Of a stretch of 64,000 nt of DNA, positions 48,674 to 60,900 are shown one piece after another. A program made the translations under genes and the position numbers. Source of the DNA: Hormiphora californensis (lineage: Eukaryota; Animalia; Ctenophora); NCBI GenBank assembly GCA_020137815.1, contig CM035353.1:868001-932000 (forward strand), in the 5' to 3' direction. The notes under the pieces are model-generated. The model saw only the letters and a list, made by a program, of their open reading frames with translations, was not told where the DNA came from and ran no database searches. Position 1 is the stretch's first letter. Each line of letters starts with the position of its first letter.

Positions 48674-49287
48674 TCATACTATTATTAAAGCAAATAGGGA
48701 AATGATGGGTGATGATATTTTTACCAAATATGGCATTTTGCACGTGCAGGTTTAGAGGTGGAGTACTATAGCTGGAGTGGGGCCAGGGGTGTGAGTCGTT
48801 ACCAAGGATTGTTACTACGTACTGCAGCTGCACGTGCAGCTGTTCTGCTTTGTATTGTGTCACTGTTCCAGCTATTATGCTCTCTTCAACAACCGTTGAT
48901 ATACGAAAGCGACAATTGGAGATCTCACTACTTTTCTCTACTTTTCCATACACTGAGGGATTTAAATACAGCAACACCAAGAGTAGTGCAGAGACAACAA
49001 AAAAGACGTTGGAGGTTAGACAGAACCGATGATCAATCTCAGATGAATACTGCAAACAGACGAAACGCGAGGAGTCTGCAAAATAGTAAGTTCTTTTATC
49101 ACTTTGATCGCCCGATCATCATCATCTGACGTTCTGAAACTCGCAGCGATCCCGCCTGAGCTCCTTTTACGGTACAGTAACTTAAGATGGGATGGTGCAT
49201 GTCAACAGTTCGACTGGTGATGTCAGTGCTCCCTAACCCAGCTACCATTTCCCCGAAATTCGCCCGTAGGGCGAACGGGTTTACTAG
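48674..49287 (+). mobile_element. Non-autonomous Helitron
   Basis: a|TCatactatta...cgcccgtagggcg hairpin...CTAG|t; ends shared with 56105-56706. Confidence 0.8.
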
Positions 49288-49811
49288 TAATTAATAAGGG
49301 ATCTAGCTGGAGATTTGGATGTTGTGCTTCACTTGCGTGAAGGAGGATTGTGGACTGCGGAGGATTAGTCCCCTCCATAGGAGTTATGATCCCTTACATT
49401 ATGTCCTCATGTATTCCAGAGGAACCGATAGCTACCCTCGCAGTCTGAGGACTATGAATAACAAAAAATTGACCGAACTATGGATATCGACTGTGCGTTC
49501 CACGGATCACTGGACCAGCCCACTGAATTTCCGGAGACTAGGTCAACAGTATGCAGCAGATGGTTTTCGAAGAATAGAGTCTTCTTGACTTAACTGGATC
49601 CGTTTTAGGAAGGCTGAACCAACTCCAAGTGGGAAAGCCAAGGCCGAGAAGGCTACAGCAAGTGGGAAGGAAAAGGCTGGGAAGCCCGAGGATGCCGAGG
49701 ATGGACCAAGTGGAATCTCCCGCATTAGTTTTGGTCTCTCCTCCGACCACGGGGACGAGTTAACTAGTATAAATTAAATATTGTTAGCATTAATAAAGAG
49801 TATAACTACTA

Positions 49812-49985
49812 TAATATAGATAACCCCGGCTAGTGGAGGGATGAAATTTGATATACCAGCCTGACAGGCTGGTATATCAATATAGATATCCACGAGGAGT
49901 GAAACGACGAGGGGAATATCGTGTGATAATCCCCGTAGGGGATTATCAAATTTCATCACTTTACTAGCCGTGGTTATTTGTTATA
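49812..49985. mobile_element. Small foldback element with internal hairpins (unclassified)
   Basis: ataaccccggctagt/actagccgtggttat ends; internal tgatataccagcctgacaggctggtatatca and tgataatccccgtaggggattatca. Confidence 0.6.
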
Positions 49986-52205
49986 AACCGACCCCGGAAA
50001 TTATGAAAGGTGTGAATGGGCACTGAAAACAGCGGGAGGGAATTATCTGATATACCATAGTAGGCTGCGGGAAATATCAGCAGGGGGGGGGGGGGTTATA
50101 ATAGTACTATCGGTTGATGTACTATGTACTACTACTGTGTACTTGGATAAACCAAGACAAGAAATATCACAATCTGGTTGTTTGGTATATCCACGATGGA
50201 AGCTATCCATGACCCAGATCGTGAACATGAAGCTAAAAGTATAAGGATGGAATACAAGATCGAAAGGGAGCCGACCTACATTTTCAAGGAGATGTGCACC
50301 AAAGGAACGAACCAGGAAGTCATTCGCCTTTTAAAAAATGCAGGGAAACCCAGACTCCCCAAGACAATTATTCCATAACAGAGAATGGTCAAACACAACT
50401 GAGGAGGAAGGTCTCAATTGGGTATCGAGGACCGCCCCCAGCATTCAGACAATGGCCCTCGCCAATATAACTCCACTATCCTCAGTGATATCACGGAGGA
50501 CCTTCTAGCGTGAGTGCAAGATTCAGGAGACAGAGACCCACCTACAAATACACAATATAGTAGTTCCAACAGACCCAGTTTTAGTATCAGCGCATAGTAT
50601 CAAAACCTCCTTCTAGAAAATAATAAAAGGAAGGAGGGAGATACAACGACTTAAGAGACTGAGACACCTGCCAAGAAACTAAGTACTTACCCTGTTTTCA
50701 AAATCCCTCCCAATAGGGGTGCATATTCCAATGGGCAGTATACATTCTTGCAAACAACTATATCAAAAACTTTAATTTTAGGAGCCTTTGATGGTTTGGA
50801 AGATGAGTCTTTGGAAGCCCCAGCTCTACCAACCGAAATGGATACTGATCTGCAGACACCGTCAGAGGCAGGGTCCCGTGTAGCAGCACAATTGAACTGA
50901 GGTAGGATATATACTGCTATACTTCTTATACTCTATAAGGGATTTAAAACCGTTGTCTGTCTTACGATCGGCCATGGGGCCTAAAAAATAAAATGAAGAG
51001 GAAGGAGGGAGTAGCATCCACTGAAGATGCACTTGAGTCCCCTCGACACTCCAGGTAAGTGTTCAGTGAATCGGAGTTTTCGAACATAACATACAAAGAA
51101 CTAGGGTACGTGTCTTGAAAATCAATTGAAAATCGCCTGAAGGGCGAACGGGCCAACTAGTTAATACAATACACATAAAATTAATAAGGGATCTAGCTGG
51201 AGATTTGGATGTAGTGCTTTACTTGCGTGAAGGAGGATTGCGGATTGCGGAGGATTAGCCCCCCTCCATAGGAGCTATGATCCCTTACATTATGTCCTCA
51301 TGTATTCCAGAGGAACCGATAGCTACCATCGCAGTCTGAGGACTATGAATAACAAAAAAATTGACCGAACTAAAGTTTTATGGATATAGACTCAATGTGC
51401 GTTCCACGGATAACTGGACCAGCCCACTGAATTTCCGGAGACTAGGTCAACAGTATGCTTTTGCAAGAATAGAGTCTTCTCGACTTAACTGGACCCGTTT
51501 TGACCAAGTGGCAATCCGAGCTGAAAGATAGTCTGAATTATTCGATCACACGAGAAGGCTACAGCAAGTGGGAAGGAAAAGGCCGAGGATGCCGAGGATG
51601 GACCAAGTGGAATCTCCCGCATTAGTATTGGTCTCTCCTCCGACCACGGGGACGAGTTAACTAGTATAATTAAACATTGTTACCATTAATAAAGAGTATG
51701 ACCACTTTTACAGTACTATCGGTCGATGTACTATGTACTACTACTGTGTACTTGGATAAACCAAGACAAGAAATATCACAATCTGTTTGTTTGGTATATC
51801 CACGATGACCCAGATCTTGAACATGAAGATAGAAGGAACCTATACTGGTGGCTAAAAGGACAAAGATGGAATACAAGATGGAAAGGGAGCTACATGAACA
51901 ACATTCGTTCAATGTGCACCAAAGGAACGGCCCATGAAGGCATTTGCCTTTTGAAAAACGCAGGTAAGCCCAGAGACTCAAGACAATTATGCCATAACAT
52001 GGTCGGACACATCTGAGGAGGAAGGTCTCAAGATACCCACGGAGCACCTTCTAGTGGGAGTGCCAGATTAAGGAGACCCACCACCAGATACAACCAGTTT
52101 CAACCTCTAATTGGAGATCTAACTAAAAGTATTGAAGATATAATTTTATGGTGTATTCAACATCAAGCCATGGGGGAGGAGAGATTGGGACTCTTTCATT
52201 CCCAC

Positions 52206-52525
52206 AAAAATGCAGAACTACACCGATTTACAGTGGTCATCCGACATAATTGTCACAGCTCGACGAGAAATCCGACGTAGAATGCACCGCGCATTCGTAG
52301 TGAGAGAGACATAAAGACTAACGAGAGAGAAGAATTGAAGCGTGACAGAATTTGCTTAGTGCATAACTGAATGCCTGCTGCATAACTGAACGCCTGCTAA
52401 TTTGAAGAACCAACCAAACTTTTCTCGTCGAATTCCACGTCGGAGTTCACGTCGAGATATGGCAATTATGTCGGATGACCACTGTTAGTCTAATTTTAGA
52501 CTAAATCGGTGGAGTTCTGCATTTT
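52206..52525. mobile_element. Palindromic MITE interrupted by a second MITE (52231-52484, TTA TSD)
   Basis: Outer aaaaatgcagaact.caccgattta...taaatcggtggagttctgcattttt; inner tta|cagtggtcatccgacataattg...caattatgtcggatgaccactg|tta. Confidence 0.8.
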
Positions 52526-53197
52526 TATGCTAGCTCCCACGAAAGTGGTGGAGCAATTTATAATGATTCAAGCTTTCAAAAAGCGACTCTTTCGTTCCGT
52601 AATCCCAAAATCAATGCGGAGAGTCAGGAAATTACTCTGAACAGGAAGGAGGGACTAAACGGGTTCATCCACTAACCAATGACCGTCTTTAGAAATTAGA
52701 GGACGGCGAGGATATCATTTATTTGTTGTTGTTTATTACTAACATAATTAAATTTTTAAAGGCTAATGACTACTTACGCCGAACCGTCGTAAATTTCTTG
52801 TTTCCCTGTTTATCTTTGATACTATCCACATCCAGGATGAGAACTACAATACCACCAAGCCAGCCAGTTGAACACGGCTCTCTCAAGAGGATAGAGAAGA
52901 TAATACATATATATGTTTGACAATTGTAACCGGGTGACGTCCTGTGATGTGCAATGATGGAGGCCTTCAGACTTTAGTCGTAATGTCAGTTTGCGAGAAG
53001 ATGTGACCGGCTAGTGGGTGATGTCTCAATTGTAATATAAATTCAGATGATCAAGTCATAATTTGCCATCTCAAACTTTAATTAATCAGAAACACTGTTA
53101 TGTCCATAAATTAGCCATTAAATCAATATTCTCTAGTGATTCAGCAATATTTTTTCTGATTTTGTCCATTATTAGTACATAGCTTATATTTCACTAC

Positions 53198-53327
<130 letters not shown>

Positions 53328-53573
53328 ACACTATACACCAGGTGAAGTGTAATTCCCCATTGTGGTTGTGGTGAGTTGTGTCGTAGTAGGACTTGTAGGA
53401 GGGATGGTTGTTGTTGTTGTCACTTCTGGCAGCTCGCAGATGTAGGGTCCTTTGTACTTCCCAACGCTTTCCCTGATGGACCCGGGAGTGTTATAAACGT
53501 GGAATATAGGCCAGGGGTTACCAATAAACCAGCTGATAGTGCGATATTTCAGGAAATGCTATACTAACTGGAT

Positions 53574-54153
53574 GGTGGGCGGACTCTAGTGCTAACGGAC
53601 TCTTTATCTAAATCCAAGGCGGACTCTATATCTAAAAACGGACTCTTTATCTACAGTTAGATTTTGAAAAAAGTTTAGATAAAGAGTCCTCCCTGTGTAG
53701 ACTTTTTAGATAAAGAGTCCGCACTGTGTAGAATTTTTAGATATAGAGTCCTCTAGTACATTTTGGCGCCAAATCCTCCAACCCGGACTCTATGTCTAAA
53801 ATCCTAACCCAACCCAAAACCTAACCCTCACACTAACCCTAACCCTAACCTCGAACCCAAATAACGGCCCTAACACTTCTAAATTAGTATAGGGGTAGAG
53901 CAAACTCTCGTTTCCGGCCTGACGGCCGAAATCTCGAGTTCGCGGCGAAAGGCGGACTCTATATCTAATTTAGATTTATGTAGATATAGAGTCCACTTTC
54001 TTTAGACTTTTTAGATAAAGAGTCCGCCCTGTGTAGACTTTTTAGATAAAGAGTCCTCCTGAAGTTTAGAATTATTTGGACTCTTTATCTAAATCTAAAT
54101 TTAGATATAGAGTCCACTGTAGACTTAGAGTGTAGCACTAGAGTCCGCACACC
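53574..54153. mobile_element. Mutator-like MITE, 9-bp TSD
   Basis: taactggat|ggtgggcggactctagtgcta...tagcactagagtccgcacacc|taactggat; ggactctttatcta subrepeats; internal (taaccc)n. Confidence 0.88.
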
Positions 54154-55704
54154 TAACTGGATTACTCCGATAATAAAGCCTAGATCTATAATTCCGGAAA
54201 TTCTGGTTTATTGATGACTCCTAATGGTGTGTTCTTGAAAGCGTCTTACCGAAAGACGAAAAGACCGAAAGAGGGGGGTCGAAGATTTATACATAATACA
54301 TTTTAAATGTGTAACATATTGTTGTTTATCTATAATTGTTGCATGAGAAACGTGTCATTTTATGATACTTACCAGGATCCCTGTTTATTCATGACAGCAC
54401 TTTCATGTTTGCGAACCGGATTCCTTTTTTTCCATTTCGAATAATCAACTGCTTTCCCTGTCTGCCAAATCCATTTCCTTCCATTCTTCACCAATCCTAT
54501 AATTAATTACGTGATAAATTCTTGGGAACACTGTATATTTTGTTCACTTGAATACAAATCTATACAGCTTATACCGATCAGAATTCCAGCGGTCAACTAT
54601 TACAACTAAAACTAGTGACATACCTATAAGAATTTCTTTAATCTTTAGCCTTTTTAAAGTGTTTTTTAACTCAACATTCTTGTCCTGATCATATATTTCT
54701 ATCACTTGAGCTCCCTGTTCCTCACAGTTTTTAAAAGCTTTCTTTGCACTCGTTTTTCCGAGATACAGAACGAGTTGTGCTGTCTGCAATGCTGAAAAAA
54801 AGAATGTTTGAAAGAGTGGATGTTGTTTATAAAAAAGATTCCAAAAACAGCAGATCCTCCAATAGTACCTGATGAACCTGATGTCTTGATCCACTTTCCC
54901 TTAGGGCTACACAGATAGCGCTTGGTACTCTTCTTTTTCTTTGTAGCCACTTCCCCTCCAGGTAAACTAAAAAGGACGTCCAGGGGTAGGGGGATTATTT
55001 TAAATCTAAGGGATCTTTGAAAACAGCGTGGGCCAATTTTGGCAATGGCCTGCGGCCATTCCCAGCCACTTTGAACCCCTCGGACACCGGGGCGTGGGGG
55101 GTGGAGATACACCGAAGTTTAAATCGCGTGTTGAGATCACATCAACAAGACACAAACTGAATAGCTTGGTTACAAAGTCACCCATTTACCACAGGGGCGT
55201 CTCACGCGGGGAGGGGTAATTTCATTACCAACTGAATAGCTGTGTCTTGGAAATCATTTACAAGAAACTACTTTCTTCACCGGTAGCCCACCTCTCAAGG
55301 CGTCTTTTATCCAGACTGGGTTGGTTCCGCCGTTTTTGGTATTTTTGGCTAACTAGGCAAACTGTGACAAGCCAAAATTGGTAAAAACAGTGAAAGTGCT
55401 TCAGTATGGACAAAGGATGTATCACACGGCGTGCCTGGTGAAACTTCTACGCGACTTAGCATGCTACGGGAAACCACCACTTGTACGTGGTAGCTGATGC
55501 CTGAGGGTCTACAGAATAGTGCTACGGTGCGGGAAAAATCGTTCAAAAGCCTAGAAAAATTTATTCACCTTTCTTTGAATGAGATATAAATTTGTTCGAT
55601 TTCTTACTATCAACCACATTTAAATTGTTATGGATCCCCATTTCACCTGCTCCAGCTAAATTTTAAGTATGGTTGTCAAAGAAGCCTAAAAAGACTAAAA
55701 ACTG

Positions 55705-56050
55705 AAAAAAACACCACTTTCCTCAAAAAATCAAGGCATGAGTGAGGGGTGCATTTGATTCTACGTCAAAAAAGCTACCAGATAAGTTCATAAAAAATTT
55801 TTCGAAAATTTTTCAATTACCCTTCTTTTTGAAAAAACACCACTTTCCTCAAAAAATCAAGGCATGAGTGAGGGGTGCATTTGATTCTACGTCAAAAAAG
55901 CTACCAGATAAGTTCATAAAAATTTTTTCGAAAATGTTTCAATTACCCTTCTTTTTGGAAAAACACCACTTTCCTCAAAAAATCAAGGCATGAGTGAGGG
56001 GTGCATTTGATTCTACGTCAAAAAAGCTACCAGATAGGTGCAAAAGAAAA
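55705..56050. repeat. 126-bp tandem repeat x~2.7 (probable transposon subterminal array)
   Basis: acaccactttcctc at 55711, 55837, 55963. Confidence 0.9.
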
Positions 56051-56104
56051 TTTTCGTCAAATTCTTAGTGACCACCAAAAGGCCACTGTGCTTTGATTAT
56101 TACA

Positions 56105-56706
56105 TCATACTACTTACTAAGCAAATTGTGTAACGGAGGTCACCTAGCAACTACACTTGCACGTGCAATTATTAGAGGGACCTGGAGACCTCTCTCCCGG
56201 TTGCAGTTGGGTACCAAGGGGAAATTCAATTCTGCACGTGCATTCTTTTAATTCTGTCCTGATGTCTAGCTCTTCCACCCCAAGCGCTATTCGGCAACGT
56301 TTATCTAGGTCCAGGAGAACTGCTGCTGTCAGGGAGCAGGCTAGAGAATATGACAGATTACGCCAACGAGCTCAAGAGAGCCAATCAACGACTACGGATA
56401 GCTTTACCCAACGTCGCCCAAGGGTGATTACTCCAGTCGAATATAGAAATCTCCGAATCGGCTACATAGCGGCCAAGTTTTCACGTGATGAGTTTCTGGA
56501 ACAGCACTGCACCTCCATGACATTGATCTCTTAAATTCGCACCTTGACATTGTCAGGAAGCCCAGAGCGTACAACAACATGGGTAGGGAGAAAGTGAGAG
56601 ATAGGCTAGGAACGGATGGTGCAGGTGATGGGGAGGTGATGTCAGCGTTCCCTAATCCAGCTACCATTTCCCCGAAATTCGCCCGTAGGGCGAGCGGGCC
56701 TACTAG
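56105..56706 (+). mobile_element. Non-autonomous Helitron, followed by another Helitron-like 5' end at 56712
   Basis: a|TCatactac...cgcccgtagggcg...CTAG|t; next a|TCtatattataaag. Confidence 0.8.
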
Positions 56707-57924
56707 TATTATCTATATTATAAAGCAGAGATGGTTGCAAGACAAAATTTGGGGGAGGGGGTTTTAGGGTTTGCACGTGGAAAATTGACGTGTTGTTAGG
56801 GATGGTTGGTGGGGGGTTTGGGGAGTGCACGTGTGAATGTAAAGGTTTTATAAATTTGGGGGATAATAGCTGATTTGAAAGAGCTTGAGATTATCTTTCT
56901 AATGAGCCCAAGATTTTCGAAATTGGTTGAGAAACGACAGAGTTATGGGGGAAATGGTAAAAAATGAGGGAAAATGTGGGGTTCTGAACTGCTTCAGATC
57001 ACAGATTGAGAGAGGGGTTAGGGAAGTGTTCCTTATGGCGTTATAGGGGAGTGAATAGAGGATGAGATGGAGTGAATAGGGGACGATATGATTCAATAGG
57101 GGCCGAGGGGAGTAAGAGGGCCGAGGGGGATAAGAGGGGTGAGGACTGAGGGGAGTCAACAGGGGGAAGGGGGCGTGGAGTATGATCTCGCGACCGGAGG
57201 TGCCGCGAAGCGGCGCCGTAGGGAGCAAAGTAGGCATGAGCCGGGGATCCGGAATTGAGAGGAGTCAATAGAGTGTGAGAGTTTTTTGTTCTTTTGCCTG
57301 GGCTCTCTAGTACGATTAAATTCCAATCAAGATCTTAATAACATTTTTTGGCAATTTGTGAAGACAGTTTGACGACATTGTGAAGGCAAGGTGAAGAATA
57401 CTTGTAACGACAAGGCAAGGTGAATGCAATGTAAAGAAAACTTGTGAACTCTGAAGACAATTTGTAAAGACTGTTATTAAAAACAAAAAAAGTTTCGTTG
57501 AAGAAAAAGCAAGAACACATTCAAATAATCACAGCTTCACCTTTGGTTAAACATATCTGATAAAAGCCCACACACCGTCCGAGATCATTGCGATGGAAAA
57601 CATTTCAAACGAGAGATAAAAAGCTCTAAAAAAGAGTGGTCGGGACGGCCCTGGCAGGTTCACCCGTACTGGAAAAGCGCTGTATAAGTTATACCGTTGG
57701 AACCTAATGCCGGCCCAAACCATATTTGTCTACCTGTACGGCCACGCTGCTCTATTGTGCGATTTTTTAGTGAAGAACAACTCACACTGTTGATCTTCAC
57801 TCAGCAGTCTATTCTCATGTGTCGGAGAGAGAGAGGCAAACTCCTTGCAAAACTATGAATGCAGGGAAGTGACGAAAAAAAGAAGAAAAAAGGCTCTAAA
57901 TTAAAGTTCTCCCTCACTTACAGG

Positions 57925-60900
57925 TCAAATTGATACATTCCTTCTCCTTGAACTGTGATCAGGCACAGTTGTTTCATCCGAATCAAAAGCAGTTTCTTGT
58001 ATCATGTCTCCGGTTGGCATCATTATATCACTGCAACTAGGGCATTTCATCTTAAATCTACAAGTAAATGTCTTAACAGCAACTTCAAATTGCTCTTCTG
58101 GCTTTGAATCTGCAGTGTTTTCCTGGTGAGATCTATTGACAGTTATTTGGTCAGGTTCCTCGGGTACGTCGGGGGGGTACCAACCTATTTTTTTGTATTT
58201 TTTTGTATTTTTTTGTACGGTCCGTACAAAAAAATAACCAAAATTCCCTGCTTTTTCCGTACAAAAAATACAAAAAAATACAAAAAAATATACTGCTGAA
58301 GGGAACTTCTTTAGGGCCCCCTATAAGTCTCTAGAGGTTTGCGGGGTCCTTATACTGGCCTGTATAGCCCTCTAGTTTCGTAGTACTCATAATCCCATGC
58401 TTTTTCCATGCGAACATTACCATGATTAAGTTATTCTAGACCTGAACTTGCTCCAAATCCTAGTTGGGTAACAGCAAAATATGTCGGGATAGTGCCCAAG
58501 CTTTATTTTCTGATGAAATTTCATTTTTCGGCCGAATATGCCTACTTATTCCCCCTCATGCCTGGAAAAAGGAGGCATAAGCAGGCCGAAAAACTGAAAA
58601 AGCCGAATCGGCCTCTCTCCCCCGGCCAGTTGTGCGCGCGCTACATTATATACTCTCAAATCGCAGTCTATTCAGTTCCCCTATGGTGTAGTGGTTATTG
58701 CATATACTTGACACGCAGAAGGTCCCGGGTTCGAAACTCGCCCGGATCATTTTTTTCAAAACTTTTTAAATACTAACACTTGGTATAGCACTAAGTGTTT
58801 TTAGACTATTAAATTAAAGTTCCACTAACTTGAACTTTTATCAAACTAACTTAGAGGGAAAAAATCGGCAAAATGGGGATACATTTTGGCCATTCTCGGC
58901 CAAAAAATATGCTGGGACACCGGGTTAGTAAGACTTGTTCTAGTTAGGAGTCGTGGGGACGGGGAATGGTAAAATAAACTAAATAAACACTCTAGAGGCC
59001 TTTAAAGGCCAATAGAAGGACCTCGAGCGCCTCTAGAGACCTGTAGAAGGCACCAAAGAAGTTCCCGACAGCAGTAAACTTTTTTGTATTTTTTTGTATT
59101 TTTTTGTATTTTTTTGTATTTTTTGTACGGACCGTACAAAAAAATATTGCCTGCTTTTTCCGTACATCCGTACACAAAAATGGTTGATACCCCCCCGGTA
59201 CGTCTGGTACACCATGCAACACGGCAAAGATCGAACGCCAAGAATTCAAAGGGGCCGAAATTCTTCCCACGACAGGTCTTACCTCATCACACACTTTAGT
59301 CAGTACATCACTGTACAAAAGTGGGTTTAGTACAGAGTTAATGGGAAGAATGTTTAGGGAGAAGACTTGGTACCACGGTGACATATCCACAACCTCGGCC
59401 GTATGGAGGGCACAACAGATCAAAAAGGGTAGCCAGCAACAAAAGTCCGTTACGCACACCAAAGTGACTTTACGACCGAGTCTACTGTTTTTACTCCGAT
59501 TTGTCCCAGGAACTGCCGCTTCAATGGACAAAACCAGAATTAGGATATGACACACCGCAACGCATGCAAAGCAGAGGAAGTGAAGACTGATGTAGAACCA
59601 GACAAACACAACTTGGGGATCATCGGAGAGGACAAAAAACTTAAACATACAAACTGGATCATTACCGTAAAATGACACCTTTTTAGCAGAAACAGCCCCA
59701 TAATCTGCAGAAAACATTTCCGCAGTAATTCCCCGAATTGTACTCCAGGAAATTGCGGCCTCCCGTCGAGAACGTTCAGTGTACCTTGCTCCGTAGTAGC
59801 CATAGACAATCTGCAGGAACTTTGCCTTATCCACCGTGCCAAGGAAAAGTGCTATATCCCTTGGAAACACAAGACCGTTGACAAACCAATCTTCCAAACC
59901 CCCCAAAAGAGGCACTACCGCAAACGCGAGAGCAATGAGCACGATGGACATTAGGCATACACTCACTTTTTGCCGCAGCTCCTTTGTGACATCGCTCGAC
60001 CCTCTATAATTGAGAGCTCTTCTTGTTCCATAAAGCCGGTAGACGCTTATACTCGCCATGGCTAAGGATGAAATTGTAGCTCCGACCGTGTTAAGTACAC
60101 CTATGAAGTTGCAAGAACGCCCACTCATCCACTCCAATCGCTTAGCACAGAAGTCTGTGTAATTCGTCCAATGCAAAACTGTTAAGAATAGTAGATAGCA
60201 GGGAGTCAAAAGATCTCCAAAGGAGATTGCAAGTACAAAGATTTGGTTCACAAAGGCCCCGCTTTTTTCGGGGAGTTTCTGGAGAGATGTTTTCACAAAG
60301 GCTGTAAGTCCTATTAAAAGTCCCAAGACTCCCATGATAAATGCTATCACAGCTATTGCATGATGTTCAATTGCCTTCCTGCTGCAGCTACTATTGCACT
60401 CATCAGAAAAGTCCTTACAATCAGTTATTCCATCGCATTTCTGGCTCAGAGGTAAGAACGAAGAATTATCAGTACACTGAAAATTATTATCACACCCGGC
60501 ATCCTCATCAGACCTATCTCCACAGTCATCGACCAGGTCACACACCCTCTCAAACAGAATACATTTCCTATTTTTACACACGAACACGTTGTTATGAAAT
60601 GCAGTTTTTTGCCGGAAAACTGATGTCACAACATTCAACTTTATGTTAAGCGAGTAAACTGCAATCTGGAGATTGGGACAGGAATTATGAAGTACCGGTC
60701 TTGTCAAAGGGCATGCAGCATTTGTACATTGTCCAGTACAGCTGTGAAAGACATACGCCTCACCGTAAAAGAATCTACAATTTTGCTTTCGGGACAACGT
60801 GGCAAGGGCTGTAGTGAGGTTTTTACCGAAGAATTGGTGAAATGAATGGTTGAATTTTCGGAGATAACATACCTCCTCCATATGAAGGAGCACCGACGAC

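Larger units (their letters stand above)
47330..52090 (+). mobile_element. Array of Helitron-derived modules with Rep fragments
   Basis: Hairpin+CTAR 3' ends at 47563, 49287, 49767, 51160, 51664; Rep-like peptides SYDPLHYVLM and LGQQY..RIESSRLNW..IRAE; 49292-49767 matches 51180-51664 and 50100-50520 matches 51710-52080. Confidence 0.7.

Noticed and set aside
53800-53855. Telomere or interstitial telomeric array
   Set aside because: Only a few degenerate taaccc units, inside a TSD-flanked MITE
54350-55112. Degenerate coding-like sequence on the minus strand, possible transposase
   Set aside because: Stops and frameshifts, and no motif I can identify
58675-58748. Functional tRNA-Val(GAC)
   Set aside because: Acceptor and anticodon stems do not pair and it lies inside a transposon
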